64,000 nt of DNA from Terriglobia bacterium (GTDB lineage Bacteria; Acidobacteriota; Terriglobia; 20CM-2-55-15). The position numbers and the translations under genes are program-made. Below are positions 10,405 to 20,166 of this stretch, piece after piece. The stretch covers positions 224,001 to 288,000 of the forward strand of contig CAXWPJ010000002.1 of assembly GCA_963664115.2 (NCBI GenBank), given 5' to 3'. The notes under the pieces are model-generated. The model was not told the DNA's origin. It worked only from the letters and a program-made list of their open reading frames with translations, and made no database searches. Each line of letters begins with the position of its first letter. The first letter of the stretch is position 1.

Positions 10405-10560
10405 TCTCGAAAACCCGAAACGATGATGGGATCGAACCCGGGATCACCTGCGTTTTTAAAACTAAGTCACCACGCAATCGCCCGGTGGTTGAATTGGGGT
10501 TCCGTTCAATGGTACAAATGATGGTTCGGCCACGAGCCGCGTTCGCAGCCGTGCACCGCT

Positions 10561-10635
10561 GTCCCGTTCGTCTAGCCTGGTCTAGGACACAGCCCTTTCA
10601 AGGCTGCGACACGGGTTCGAATCCCGTACGGGACG
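10561..10635 (+). tRNA. tRNA-Glu(TTC), CCA not encoded
   Basis: Acceptor GTCCCGT/ACGGGAC, anticodon arm CAGCC-CTTTCAA-GGCTG, T-loop GGTTCGAATCC. Confidence 0.95.
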
Positions 10636-10691
10636 TTTGTTCCCAGACAACAAACCCCGAAAGCCCCCCGAGGGCATGATTAGCCTCTCAC

Positions 10692-11471
10692 GTGCCTAAG
10701 AAACACCTTGGCCAACACTTCCTTTCCGATTCCGGCATTCTGGACCGCATTGTCAGATTCTCGCAAGTCACGGATGAGGACACGGTCGTCGAGGTCGGAC
10801 CCGGTCGGGGGACTTTAACGAAGGCCATTGCCGGGAAGGTCCGGCGCGTGATCGCAATCGAGTTCGACGCCGACTTGATCTCTTTTCTCCGCAGAACGGT
10901 CGGGCCTAGAGTCGAAGTCCTCGAGCGTGACGCTCTCGAAGTCGATTTCACGGCCCTGTCTCCGACTCCGTACCATGTCGTCGCGAACCTGCCCTACAAC
11001 ATCGCGACACCCTTGATCGAAAGGTTTGTCGCCGCACGGGATTCAATTAGTTCCGTCACCGTCATGCTTCAAAGAGAAGTCGCAGACCGGATACTGGCCT
11101 CACCCGGTGGACGTCAATACGGAGCTCTGTCTGTAGGCACTCAGTACTACGCCAGGATCGAACGCGGTTTTACCGTCCCACCGGGAGCTTTCACACCGCC
11201 ACCTAAAGTGCATTCGCGCATGCTTCGAATGACCTGGAATCGCGACGTAGCGGACTCTCCCGAGTTCATAATCTTCGTCAGACGGGCGTTTACCTCGAGG
11301 CGAAAGAAACTTCTGAACAACCTCGCGGTGATATTTCCCGGGCGAGGACGTGAAGAACTTATTGGCATTTTCGAACGCGAAGGTATCGATAGCAATGCTC
11401 GGCCAGAAGATCTGTCTGTCGAGGCCTTCGCCCGTCTTCACCGAACGCTCGGTTATAATCTCAGCCCATGA
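10692..11471 (+). CDS. rsmA: 16S rRNA m6,2A dimethyltransferase
   Basis: PKKHLGQHFL, EVGPGRG, ANLPYNI, MLQREVA, FTPPPKVHS. Confidence 0.95.
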   Translation: MPKKHLGQHFLSDSGILDRIVRFSQVTDEDTVVEVGPGRGTLTKAIAGKVRRVIAIEFDADLISFLRRTVGPRVEVLERDALEVDFTALSPTPYHVVANLPYNIATPLIERFVAARDSISSVTVMLQREVADRILASPGGRQYGALSVGTQYYARIERGFTVPPGAFTPPPKVHSRMLRMTWNRDVADSPEFIIFVRRAFTSRRKKLLNNLAVIFPGRGREELIGIFEREGIDSNARPEDLSVEAFARLHRTLGYNLSP

Positions 11472-13132
11472 CTCAGACCGTAGAAGTTGTTCCTCTCGGC
11501 GGACTCGGCGAATTCGGGATGCACATAATGGCGTTCTCGTCAGAAGACTCCATTATTGTGGTCGATTGCGGCATATTGTTTCCCGAACAAGAACTGCTGG
11601 GAGTGGACATCGTGGTCCCGGATATCACTTACCTGCTGGAAAACCGGGAAAAGGTCACCGCAATTATTCTGACTCACGGCCACGAAGACCATATAGGTGC
11701 GCTTCCCTTCATCCTTCCTTATGTGAACGTCCCGATTTACGGCAGCCCGTTCACGCTTGCGCTGGTGCGGCGAAAACTGGAAGATCACGATCTCCTCAGT
11801 GAGTCGACGCTGATCGAAATTCACCCAAACGATAAGGTCGAGTTGGGTCCGTTCGGAGTCGAATTCATCGCGGTCACTCATTCCATTGTCGATTCGCTCG
11901 CTCTCGCCATTCGAACTCCGGCAGGACTCATCATTCATACCGGCGACTTCAAAATCGACTATTCTCCGATGGACGACCACCACTTCGACATCGCCGCGTT
12001 CGCCGCCTATGGTCGTGAGGGTGTTCTCGCCCTGTTCTCAGACAGCACGAACGCGGAACGTTCCGGTTACACGCCTTCCGAGCGCGCGGTGGAAGGCCGG
12101 TTCGAATCTATTTTTGGTGAAGCGACCGGACGCATCATCGTTTCATGCTTTTCCTCTGCGATTCACCGCATCCAGATCATCGCCGACACGGCTCATAGAC
12201 ACGGTCGTCATCTCGCTTTTCTGGGACGCAGGTTGCTCGCCAACACCGAAATGGCGCAACAACTGGGAGCGCTGAATCTGCCTCCCGGCCTTGTCATCCG
12301 AGGGAAGGAGATCAAGAAATATGCCAGAAACGAAGTCGCGGTCATCGTCAGCGGCTGCCAGGGAGAACCGATGGCAGCACTCTCCCGTATTTCGCTGGAG
12401 CAACACAAGGATTTGAAACTCGATCCCGGTGACACGGTCATTCTTTCGTCACGCATGATTCCGGGCAATGAGCGAGCAATATCGCGAATGATGGATCACC
12501 TCTACCGGCGAAGCGCGGAGGTCATTTACCAGGACAGTGCATCCCTCTCTCCGGTCCATGTCAGCGGCCATGCCAGCGCGGAAGAACTCAAGCTCATGAT
12601 GATGCTGGTCAAACCGCGCTTCTTCGTTCCTATTCACGGCGACTACCGTCATCTCCACCGCCACGCAGCGATCGCCGAACAGACGGGTGTCATCAAAGAG
12701 AAAGTGTTGATCGCGGAAACGGGCGATGTGATCCGCCTGGACGCTGAGAGTATTTCCATCACTGGCAAAGCACCGGTCGGCCGCGTTTTGATCGACCAAG
12801 GCAGCTTGGAGGAAGTCGCCGACATCGTGGTGCGCGACCGGAGACATATATCGGAAGACGGCATTGTGCTTCCGGTCATCGTGATCAACAGGCAGACCGG
12901 TGACCTGGAAAGCCCACCCGAAATCGTATTTAGAGGTATGACGGTTACCGACGACGACGGACTGGTCAACGAGTGCAGAGACCTTGTCATCGCAACCATC
13001 GAATCCTCGACCGTGGAAGAACGTGGCGATTGGGCCGTAATCAAGGACAAAATCCGGCGGGCACTTCGAAAATACATCTCCAAGCAACTTTCCAAGCGCC
13101 CCTTCATCCTGCCTGTCATTATGGAAATCTGA
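11468..13132 (+). CDS. rnj: Ribonuclease J
   Basis: PLGGLGEFG, THGHEDHIG, HTGDFK, DSTNAE, HVSGHA. Confidence 0.95.
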   Translation: MTQTVEVVPLGGLGEFGMHIMAFSSEDSIIVVDCGILFPEQELLGVDIVVPDITYLLENREKVTAIILTHGHEDHIGALPFILPYVNVPIYGSPFTLALVRRKLEDHDLLSESTLIEIHPNDKVELGPFGVEFIAVTHSIVDSLALAIRTPAGLIIHTGDFKIDYSPMDDHHFDIAAFAAYGREGVLALFSDSTNAERSGYTPSERAVEGRFESIFGEATGRIIVSCFSSAIHRIQIIADTAHRHGRHLAFLGRRLLANTEMAQQLGALNLPPGLVIRGKEIKKYARNEVAVIVSGCQGEPMAALSRISLEQHKDLKLDPGDTVILSSRMIPGNERAISRMMDHLYRRSAEVIYQDSASLSPVHVSGHASAEELKLMMMLVKPRFFVPIHGDYRHLHRHAAIAEQTGVIKEKVLIAETGDVIRLDAESISITGKAPVGRVLIDQGSLEEVADIVVRDRRHISEDGIVLPVIVINRQTGDLESPPEIVFRGMTVTDDDGLVNECRDLVIATIESSTVEERGDWAVIKDKIRRALRKYISKQLSKRPFILPVIMEI

Positions 13133-13142
13133 CCGGACGCCA

Positions 13143-13955
13143 ATGGACGTACTCGAGGCAATCGTTCTGGGCGTGGTCCAGGGAATCACGGAGTTCTTGC
13201 CCATCAGCAGTACGGGCCACCTGATCCTCGTACCCTGGTTCCTCGGCTGGGAACAACAAGGGCTCGCCTTCGACGTGGCGCTCCACATCGGCACCCTGTT
13301 TGCCGTCCTCTGGTATTTCAGAAAGGACTGGATCGCTTTCGCCCGGGGCGGAATCCGTCTGGTTCAGGGCCATAGAAACGATCCGGACGCACGCATGGCC
13401 GGGCTGATTGCGGCCGCGACGATACCGGGCGCGATTGCCGGATTCCTTGCCGGGGATCTCGTCGAAACCTATCTGCGCAGCCCTCTTGTCGTTGCTGTTA
13501 CGCTCATCGCGCTCGCCCTGGCCCTGATCGCGGCAGAACGACACGGGCGGCGGGAGAAACAGCTCGATGGTGTCTCCTGGAAGGACGCTCTCATCGTGGG
13601 TCTTGCCCAGGCATTGGCGATCGTTCCGGGAGTTTCGCGATCGGGAGTGACGATCACCGCGGCACTATTCCGGGGCATGCAACGCGAAGCTGGGGCACAT
13701 TTTTCCTTCTTCCTTTCGGCTCCAATCATAGCGGGAGCGGGAGCGAAGAAAATTCTCGATCTTTTCTCTGAAGGCATCACGGGCGATGCGATGGCCATGC
13801 TCGGAATCGGCATTTTGACTTCAGCTATCGTCGGCTATATGGCCATCGCCTTTCTTCTTCGCTATCTCGCCACACACACAACATATGCCTTCATATACTA
13901 TCGGATAGCGCTTGGTATTGTGGTCTTACTCGCATTCTCTGTTGGATTTAGATAA
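13143..13955 (+). CDS. uppP: Undecaprenyl-diphosphate phosphatase
   Basis: QGITEFLPISSTGHL and PGVSRSGVTI motifs. Confidence 0.95.
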   Translation: MDVLEAIVLGVVQGITEFLPISSTGHLILVPWFLGWEQQGLAFDVALHIGTLFAVLWYFRKDWIAFARGGIRLVQGHRNDPDARMAGLIAAATIPGAIAGFLAGDLVETYLRSPLVVAVTLIALALALIAAERHGRREKQLDGVSWKDALIVGLAQALAIVPGVSRSGVTITAALFRGMQREAGAHFSFFLSAPIIAGAGAKKILDLFSEGITGDAMAMLGIGILTSAIVGYMAIAFLLRYLATHTTYAFIYYRIALGIVVLLAFSVGFR

Positions 13956-13963
13956 AATGCGGG

Positions 13964-16240
13964 TTGATGAACTGGACCGGCTACCTCACCCCCACCGATC
14001 ACAGGCGAATTAACGAATTCGTCGGTCTTCTGCTGGTCACAGTCGCGGTGCTGGTCGGCCTCAGCCTGGTCTCATTCGACGCTGGCGACCCATCCTTCAA
14101 TATCAGCCGAAATCCCCGGTTTGAAGCCCAGCCGGCGAACCTGATCGGCGTCCTTGGCTCTTACGCATCGGATCTGCTGTTTCAATTGATCGGTTATGCG
14201 GGCTTTCTACTGCCCGTGTTTCTTGGAATCTACGCTTTCCACTGGTTGGCGTCCTGGAGCGTCGGCAATGTGGGCCCGCGTTTGGCGGGCATGGTGCTGA
14301 TGATAGCGACGCTCGCAACCGCCCTTGCGCTTTCGCCCGCGGTCCCCCGTATCGAGGGTCAGATACCGGCCGGCGGTGGGGGTGGGCAGCTCATCGCTGA
14401 AGGGTTGAGCGCCACGCTCAATCCCCTTGGAACGGTGATCGTACTGATTGCGTCCTTCCTGGTCTCCCTTTTGTTGGCGACAACTTTCTCTTTCGCTCAA
14501 ACAACTGCGTTCCTTCGGCCACGACTTCAGTTTCTGTCCGCGTGGCTGCGGCAGGCGGTCGAATGGTGGGAAGAACAGACCCGCCAACGTGCGCGACGGC
14601 GCATCGAGCTTAAGAAAACCGAGGCGACCGTTATTACAGAACTGAAAGCCAAGCCCGAGAAACCCAGAGAAGCGCCACTGGCGGCACCTAAGAAACAGAG
14701 AGTCGCCCAACAGCCTTCGCTGATCCCTATCGACGAGCCCGTCGTCACCCAGATGCAAACCGTTTCGCCGAAAAGCGTCAACTTTCCCTCTCCCGAACTC
14801 TTGCTGCCACCGGAAGCCCCGGCGCCCGTCGATGAGGACGAACTTCGGGAGCGGGCGGACCTGATCGAAGAAAAGACGAAAGAATTCGAAGTCGTGGGGA
14901 AGGTTCAGCAGATTCATCCCGGGCCAGTCGTAACGACGTTCGAGTTCAAGCCCGAAGCAGGTGTCAAATATTCCAAAGTAACCGGACTGGATCAGGATCT
15001 CTGCCTTGCTCTGGAAGCGGAATCGATCCGCATTGATCGCATCCCGGGCAAATCGACGGTCGGCATCGAAGTGCCGAACCCCAACCGGGCTACGATCACG
15101 TTGCGGGAACTCATCGAATCACCCGAGTACTTGAAGTCGGATGCCCTGCTGCCTCTGGCTTTGGGCAAAGACATCACGGGCCGGATCATCGTTTCCGACC
15201 TTCACCGGATGCCGCACCTGCTGATTGCAGGGTCTACAGGAACAGGCAAATCCGTTTCGATAAATTCGCTGGTGCTGTCCTTGTTGTTTCGGTCGAAGCC
15301 GGACCGGGTAAAACTGATCATGATCGATCCCAAGCGGCTCGAATTGGGACTCTATCAGGATATCCCCCACCTCCTGGTTCCGGTCGTTACCGAGCCCGTA
15401 GCTGCACAGAACGCCCTGAAGTGGGCCGTCGGGGAAATGGAGGGTCGCTACAAGAAACTGGCCAAACGGGGTGTGCGATCGCTCGAGGCCTACAACGAAC
15501 ACATCCGGCAACTACCCATTCCAGGTTTCGATGAGGATGAACGGGAAGAAGACCGGGAAACGCTGTCCTACATCGTAATCGTGATCGACGAATTGGCTGA
15601 TTTGATGATGGCCGCTGCTCGCGACGTTGAAGAGTCGATCACCCGCCTCGCCCAGATGGCACGCGCCGTAGGCATCCACCTCATTCTGGCTACTCAACGG
15701 CCCTCTGTCGACGTGATCACCGGTCTGATCAAGGCCAATTTCCCTGCCCGCATTTCATTCCGTGTTGCGTCGAAGATCGATTCCCGAACGATTCTGGACG
15801 CAAACGGAGCCGAAACCCTCCTCGGACGCGGCGACATGCTTTTCCTCCCGCCGGGCTCGTCCCGGCTCATGAGAGCCCACGGCCCGATGGTGACCGAAGA
15901 AGAGGTCACACGTGTTGCCGACTACTTGAAAGCGCAAGGCAAACCGGCCTACAACGAAAGCATCCTCGAATCTCCTGAAGAACGCCATGCCCGGCTGGAA
16001 CCAGCCGGCAATTTGGATCCGCTCTACGATACTGCCGTGCGCCTCGTGGTTGGAATGGGGAAAGCGTCCACTTCTGCAATGCAGCGACGCCTGCGAATCG
16101 GTTACGGGCGTGCAGCGAGTTTACTGGACGCGATGGAAGCGGACGATATTGTCGGACCTCCCGATGGCAGCCGGCCCCGTGAAATCCTTGTCAAGGCGGA
16201 CTATTTCGAAGAAATAGACAATCGCGGGCCACAGGGCTAG
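13964..16240 (+). CDS. ftsK: DNA translocase FtsK
   Basis: N-terminal TMs; MPHLLIAGSTGTGKS, IDELADLM, ATQRPSVDVITG; gamma domain QRRLRIGYGRAA. Confidence 0.96.
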   Translation: MMNWTGYLTPTDHRRINEFVGLLLVTVAVLVGLSLVSFDAGDPSFNISRNPRFEAQPANLIGVLGSYASDLLFQLIGYAGFLLPVFLGIYAFHWLASWSVGNVGPRLAGMVLMIATLATALALSPAVPRIEGQIPAGGGGGQLIAEGLSATLNPLGTVIVLIASFLVSLLLATTFSFAQTTAFLRPRLQFLSAWLRQAVEWWEEQTRQRARRRIELKKTEATVITELKAKPEKPREAPLAAPKKQRVAQQPSLIPIDEPVVTQMQTVSPKSVNFPSPELLLPPEAPAPVDEDELRERADLIEEKTKEFEVVGKVQQIHPGPVVTTFEFKPEAGVKYSKVTGLDQDLCLALEAESIRIDRIPGKSTVGIEVPNPNRATITLRELIESPEYLKSDALLPLALGKDITGRIIVSDLHRMPHLLIAGSTGTGKSVSINSLVLSLLFRSKPDRVKLIMIDPKRLELGLYQDIPHLLVPVVTEPVAAQNALKWAVGEMEGRYKKLAKRGVRSLEAYNEHIRQLPIPGFDEDEREEDRETLSYIVIVIDELADLMMAAARDVEESITRLAQMARAVGIHLILATQRPSVDVITGLIKANFPARISFRVASKIDSRTILDANGAETLLGRGDMLFLPPGSSRLMRAHGPMVTEEEVTRVADYLKAQGKPAYNESILESPEERHARLEPAGNLDPLYDTAVRLVVGMGKASTSAMQRRLRIGYGRAASLLDAMEADDIVGPPDGSRPREILVKADYFEEIDNRGPQG

Positions 16241-16394
16241 CCCCACTCAAAACCGCGGTTTACCCCGATTACACTGCTTCAAGACCTGCCAATTATTCTC
16301 AGGGTCAGATATAGGTTTTTCTTAATCCGCAAAATCCGTGTAATCTGTGTCCTTCTTGTCCTGACTACGTTAACTCCATCGAAAGGTTAAATTC

Positions 16395-17534
16395 ATGGGC
16401 TTCAGAACCGACGCAATACACGCCGGCCAAGAACCCGATCCAGCCACAGGGGCAGTGACGGTTCCCATATACCAGACATCCACTTATGTTCAGGAAGGTT
16501 TGGGAAAACATAAGGGCTACCAGTATGCCCGGACCGAAAACCCGACTCGAATCGCACTTGAACAAAACATGACCGTGCTTGAAGGCGGTACTGCGGCCTG
16601 CGCGTTCGCTTCGGGCATGGCAGCCGAAACCGCCATTACACAACTGCTCCTCAAGCAAGGGGACCATGCGGTGTGCACAGAGAACGTCTACGGTGGTACG
16701 TTCCGGCTTTTCGACAACATCGTCAGCCACTACGGGGTCGAATTCAGCTGGGTCGACACATCCAACGTCGACAACGTACGCGAAGCCATCCGACCCAACA
16801 CCAAGATGGTCTTTATTGAAACACCCACGAATCCACTGATGTCTATTGCAGACATCGCGGGAGTGGCCAGTACGACCCGGGATGCGGGTTGTCGCCTCGT
16901 CGTGGACAACACCTTTATGAGCCCCTACCTGCAGCGGCCGATTGCCTTGGGTGCCGACATCGTCATCCACAGCACGACGAAGTTTCTGAATGGACACAGC
17001 GACAGCATCGGGGGTGTCGCCGTCCTCAAGGACGCAACGGACGGGGAAAGGCTCCGCTTCATCCAGAATGCTGCGGGAGCCATCCTGTCGCCTTTTGATT
17101 CGTGGTTGGTTTTGCGCGGCATCAAGACGCTTCCGATTCGCATGGAAGCACACAACTCGAACGGAATGACCATCGCACAATATCTGAGTTCAAAAAGTCA
17201 GGTGCGTAAGGTGTACTACCCGGGCCTTGCCGATCACCCGCAACACCAGTTGGCGAAACAGCAGATGTCGGGCTTTGGAGCGATGATCGCGTTCGACCTC
17301 GGGACGCTCGAAGCCGCATCCTCTTTTCTTGGACGCGTCCGTATCTGTTCCCTGGGCGAGAGCCTGGGAGGTGTAGAAACGCTGATCTCCCATCCTGCCA
17401 CGATGACACACGCGTCCGTGCCTGAAGAACATCGCGAACGGATGGGGATCACGGCCGGGCTGGTCCGAATCTCGGTAGGAATCGAAGACACCGAAGACCT
17501 GATTGCGGATCTCGACAACGCTTTTGAGGAATAA
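16395..17534 (+). CDS. Cystathionine gamma-lyase/synthase (Cys/Met PLP enzyme)
   Basis: PIYQTSTY, YARTENP, ETPTNP, VVDNTF, HSTTKFLNGHSD, SLGGVETL. Confidence 0.93.
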   Translation: MGFRTDAIHAGQEPDPATGAVTVPIYQTSTYVQEGLGKHKGYQYARTENPTRIALEQNMTVLEGGTAACAFASGMAAETAITQLLLKQGDHAVCTENVYGGTFRLFDNIVSHYGVEFSWVDTSNVDNVREAIRPNTKMVFIETPTNPLMSIADIAGVASTTRDAGCRLVVDNTFMSPYLQRPIALGADIVIHSTTKFLNGHSDSIGGVAVLKDATDGERLRFIQNAAGAILSPFDSWLVLRGIKTLPIRMEAHNSNGMTIAQYLSSKSQVRKVYYPGLADHPQHQLAKQQMSGFGAMIAFDLGTLEAASSFLGRVRICSLGESLGGVETLISHPATMTHASVPEEHRERMGITAGLVRISVGIEDTEDLIADLDNAFEE

Positions 17535-17545
17535 GAACGAAGATA

Positions 17546-17668
17546 AGAAAACCGCAAAGTCGCAAAGAAGAAGATGAATATCAGAGATCAATCATTTCTC
17601 TACGTCCCTGCATTGACATTTTGATCCGTCTTCGCGCCTTTGCGTCTTTGCGTCTTTGCGGTGAAAAC
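17546..17668. repeat. REP-like periodic inverted repeat (CGCAAAG variant)
   Basis: accgcaaagtcgcaaag ... ctttgcgtctttgcgtctttgcggt between convergent genes. Confidence 0.7.
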
Positions 17669-17688
17669 TCTTCCCTTGCACCAATTTT

Positions 17689-18006
17689 CTAGTCCACAGA
17701 ATCTTTTATCCAGTTCAGGTACGGTTCGGAGCCGGCGTCGATCTTGAAAGCGACGAACTCCGGCAAATCGTAACTGTGAACTTCGAGGACGCGTTGGCGG
17801 GTTCGATCGAGGGCACCGACCGTCGTCTTTATTACGAGAAGATACTCGCTGTCCCAGTTCACCTTGCCGTCCCATCGATAACAGGATTCAACCCCAGCAA
17901 CCACGTTGACGCACGCGGCGAGTCTCTCCTGGACAAGAACTTCGGCGATCTCGCCGGCTTCCTCGCGTGAAGCGCACGATACAAACGCGACCATCGAATC
18001 AGTCAT
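17689..18006 (-). CDS. cutA: Divalent-cation tolerance protein CutA
   Basis: RLAACVN..ES.YRWDG..E.LLVIKT..HSYDLPE..YLNWI. Confidence 0.92.
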   Translation of the reverse strand: MTDSMVAFVSCASREEAGEIAEVLVQERLAACVNVVAGVESCYRWDGKVNWDSEYLLVIKTTVGALDRTRQRVLEVHSYDLPEFVAFKIDAGSEPYLNWIKDSVD

Positions 18007-18065
18007 AATGAACACGCACCTTCGGATCATTTGTCACGAAACGAATTGATAGAATAGCAACAGAC

Positions 18066-19475
18066 ATGGCAGCGACGATCAAGTTCGGAACTTCCGGTTG
18101 GCGGGCCATCATCGCCGAAGACTTCACGTTCGCCAACGTACGGCTGGCTACAGAAGCGACGGCACGCCACGTGCTTGGGCTCTCACCCTCCCCAACCCTC
18201 CTCGTAGGATACGACACTCGCTTCGCCTCCGAGAACTTCGCCCGCCAGGTCGCAAATGTTTTGTCGGCCGCGGGGATTCGTGCCCTGCTATCCAATAGAC
18301 CCGTACCCACTCCAGCGGTCTCCTTCTCCGTGCGTCATCGCAAACTCGATGGAGCGATCAACATTACGGCCAGCCACAATCCGGGAGAGTACAACGGCTT
18401 GAAGTTTTCCGCATCCAATGGCGCGCCTGCGCTGCCGGAGGTAACGGAGAGCATCGAGCGTGGCATCGTCGCACTCCAGAAGAGCGATTGGAAATTCAGG
18501 GGGACTCCCGTGGAAGACCGAATCGAAACGATCGACATTCGCGACGAGTATCTCCGGGATCTGGCCACGAAAGTAAACTTTGAAGCTATTCGCAAATCGA
18601 ACATTCGCATTGGGTACGATCCGCTGCACGGTGTTGGCAGCGGATATCTCGACTATTTATTGCAGGAGCAAGGACTCACCCCCACCGTGCTTCATGCCGG
18701 ACGCGACGTTTACTTTGGTGGCAGCCATCCGGAGCCGGATGAAGAAAACCTTGGCGAACTCCGACAGGCCGTACGCGACAACAAGCTCACGCTTGGGCTC
18801 GGAACCGACGGGGATGCGGATCGATTCGGCATACTCGATTCCGATGGGAGCTACATCTCTCCGAACGAAATTCTCGCTTTGTTGCTGGACTATCTCGTCG
18901 CAAGCCGCGGTTGGAAAGGCGCGGTGGCACGCACTGTGGCAACAACCCATCTGATCGATCGGGTGGGGGAACTCCACGGACTCGAAGTCATCGAAACCCC
19001 GGTCGGCTTCAAGTACATCGGCGAATATATTGAGCAGGGCCGCATTTTTTTTGGCGGCGAAGAAAGTGCGGGCCTTGCGATTCAAGGTCACTTGCCGGAG
19101 AAAGACGGGATTCTCGCCTGTCTGCTGGTAGCAGAAATGGTCGCTGAACGTGGGAAATCATTGAGATCATTGCTAAAAAGCCTTTTTGACCGGACCGGTG
19201 AAGTGTATAATCAACGCTTGAACATACGGCTTAAGCCGTCTGTTCGCAAGGTGATGGACGCAAAAATTGCATCCGATGTTTCAGACTTCTACGGTAAAAA
19301 GGTTGAACGGACAGATCGAACCGATGGCATGAAGCTCATATTTGGAGACGGCAGCTGGGTTCTGGCCCGCCCCTCGGGAACCGAACCCGTCGTGCGGTAT
19401 TACGCCGAAGCCAGCAGTCGTCAGGAACTTGAGCATCTGATCGAGTGCGGGAAACGATGGACAACCGAAGCATAG
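18066..19475 (+). CDS. Phosphoglucomutase/phosphomannomutase family
   Basis: FGTSGWR, TASHNP, DGDADR, GGEESAG, RPSGTEP. Confidence 0.95.
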   Translation: MAATIKFGTSGWRAIIAEDFTFANVRLATEATARHVLGLSPSPTLLVGYDTRFASENFARQVANVLSAAGIRALLSNRPVPTPAVSFSVRHRKLDGAINITASHNPGEYNGLKFSASNGAPALPEVTESIERGIVALQKSDWKFRGTPVEDRIETIDIRDEYLRDLATKVNFEAIRKSNIRIGYDPLHGVGSGYLDYLLQEQGLTPTVLHAGRDVYFGGSHPEPDEENLGELRQAVRDNKLTLGLGTDGDADRFGILDSDGSYISPNEILALLLDYLVASRGWKGAVARTVATTHLIDRVGELHGLEVIETPVGFKYIGEYIEQGRIFFGGEESAGLAIQGHLPEKDGILACLLVAEMVAERGKSLRSLLKSLFDRTGEVYNQRLNIRLKPSVRKVMDAKIASDVSDFYGKKVERTDRTDGMKLIFGDGSWVLARPSGTEPVVRYYAEASSRQELEHLIECGKRWTTEA

Positions 19476-19768
19476 TTCAGGGAATGATGGTTCGGGTGGG
19501 CCTTGGAGTGTTCGGACTCTTGACCCTGGCTACGCTCATCTTAACCCTGACCAGCGACCGGGGCCTGCTGGAGGTCCGCCGCAAGGGATTTGAGTTCGCC
19601 GAACTCCAGGCGCAGATCCACACGCTCGAAACCGAGAACCTTGAGTTGGTCCAGGAAATTCGAAACCTCCGATCCGAACCCTACGAAATCGAACGCCGCG
19701 CACGCGAAGACTTAAAACTCGTCCGCCCCGGCGAAGTAATCCTCGTCCTGCCCCCGCAAGACCGTTAA
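19445..19768 (+). CDS. Septum formation initiator (FtsB/DivIC family)
   Basis: Single TM, coiled coil, IERRAREDLKLVRPGE; true start perhaps ATG 19457. Confidence 0.85.
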   Translation: MRETMDNRSIVQGMMVRVGLGVFGLLTLATLILTLTSDRGLLEVRRKGFEFAELQAQIHTLETENLELVQEIRNLRSEPYEIERRAREDLKLVRPGEVILVLPPQDR

Positions 19769-19860
19769 CAAATAGGGGTCAGAGCCCTATTTCCCCATTT
19801 TTCTTGACACTGACTCTCCTTGATCGTGACCTAAGATTCTGACCTCATTCTTCCTCCAAC

Positions 19861-19889
19861 TTGACGATCTTCAGCAGAGTTCTTACTAT
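19861..19889 (+). promoter_or_regulatory. Sigma70-type promoter of tRNA-fMet
   Basis: TTGACG-17 nt-TACTAT ending 5 nt before the tRNA. Confidence 0.7.
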
Positions 19890-19894
19890 GGTTG

Positions 19895-19966
<72 letters not shown>

Positions 19967-19981
19967 TTCTTGGCAGGCATC

Positions 19982-20012
19982 AAAGGTCACCCGAAGGTGG
20001 CCTTTTTTGTTT
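19982..20012 (+). terminator. Rho-independent terminator after tRNA-fMet
   Basis: aaaggtcacc-cgaa-ggtggcctttttt. Confidence 0.8.
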
Positions 20013-20166
20013 GGGTTACTTACCGGACCCGCTCAACCCTCCGAACGCCCGCACGCTCTAAAGCCGGGTATTGCTTCGACTTCGAATTTGTCCAATGTAT
20101 ACTCGTGCGACTCCGAGTCCATGATAGTGGTGATAATCGGTGGCGAGCTAACCCCTTGGAGAGCTT

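Noticed and set aside
10078-10679. ORFs of 147 aa and 64 aa in the prx-rsmA gap
   Set aside because: They overlap hairpins, the RNA-like motif and tRNA-Glu; no protein signature.
16241-16394. SAM riboswitch or T-box upstream of the Cys/Met PLP enzyme
   Set aside because: No recognisable consensus; the gap is occupied by a periodic inverted repeat.
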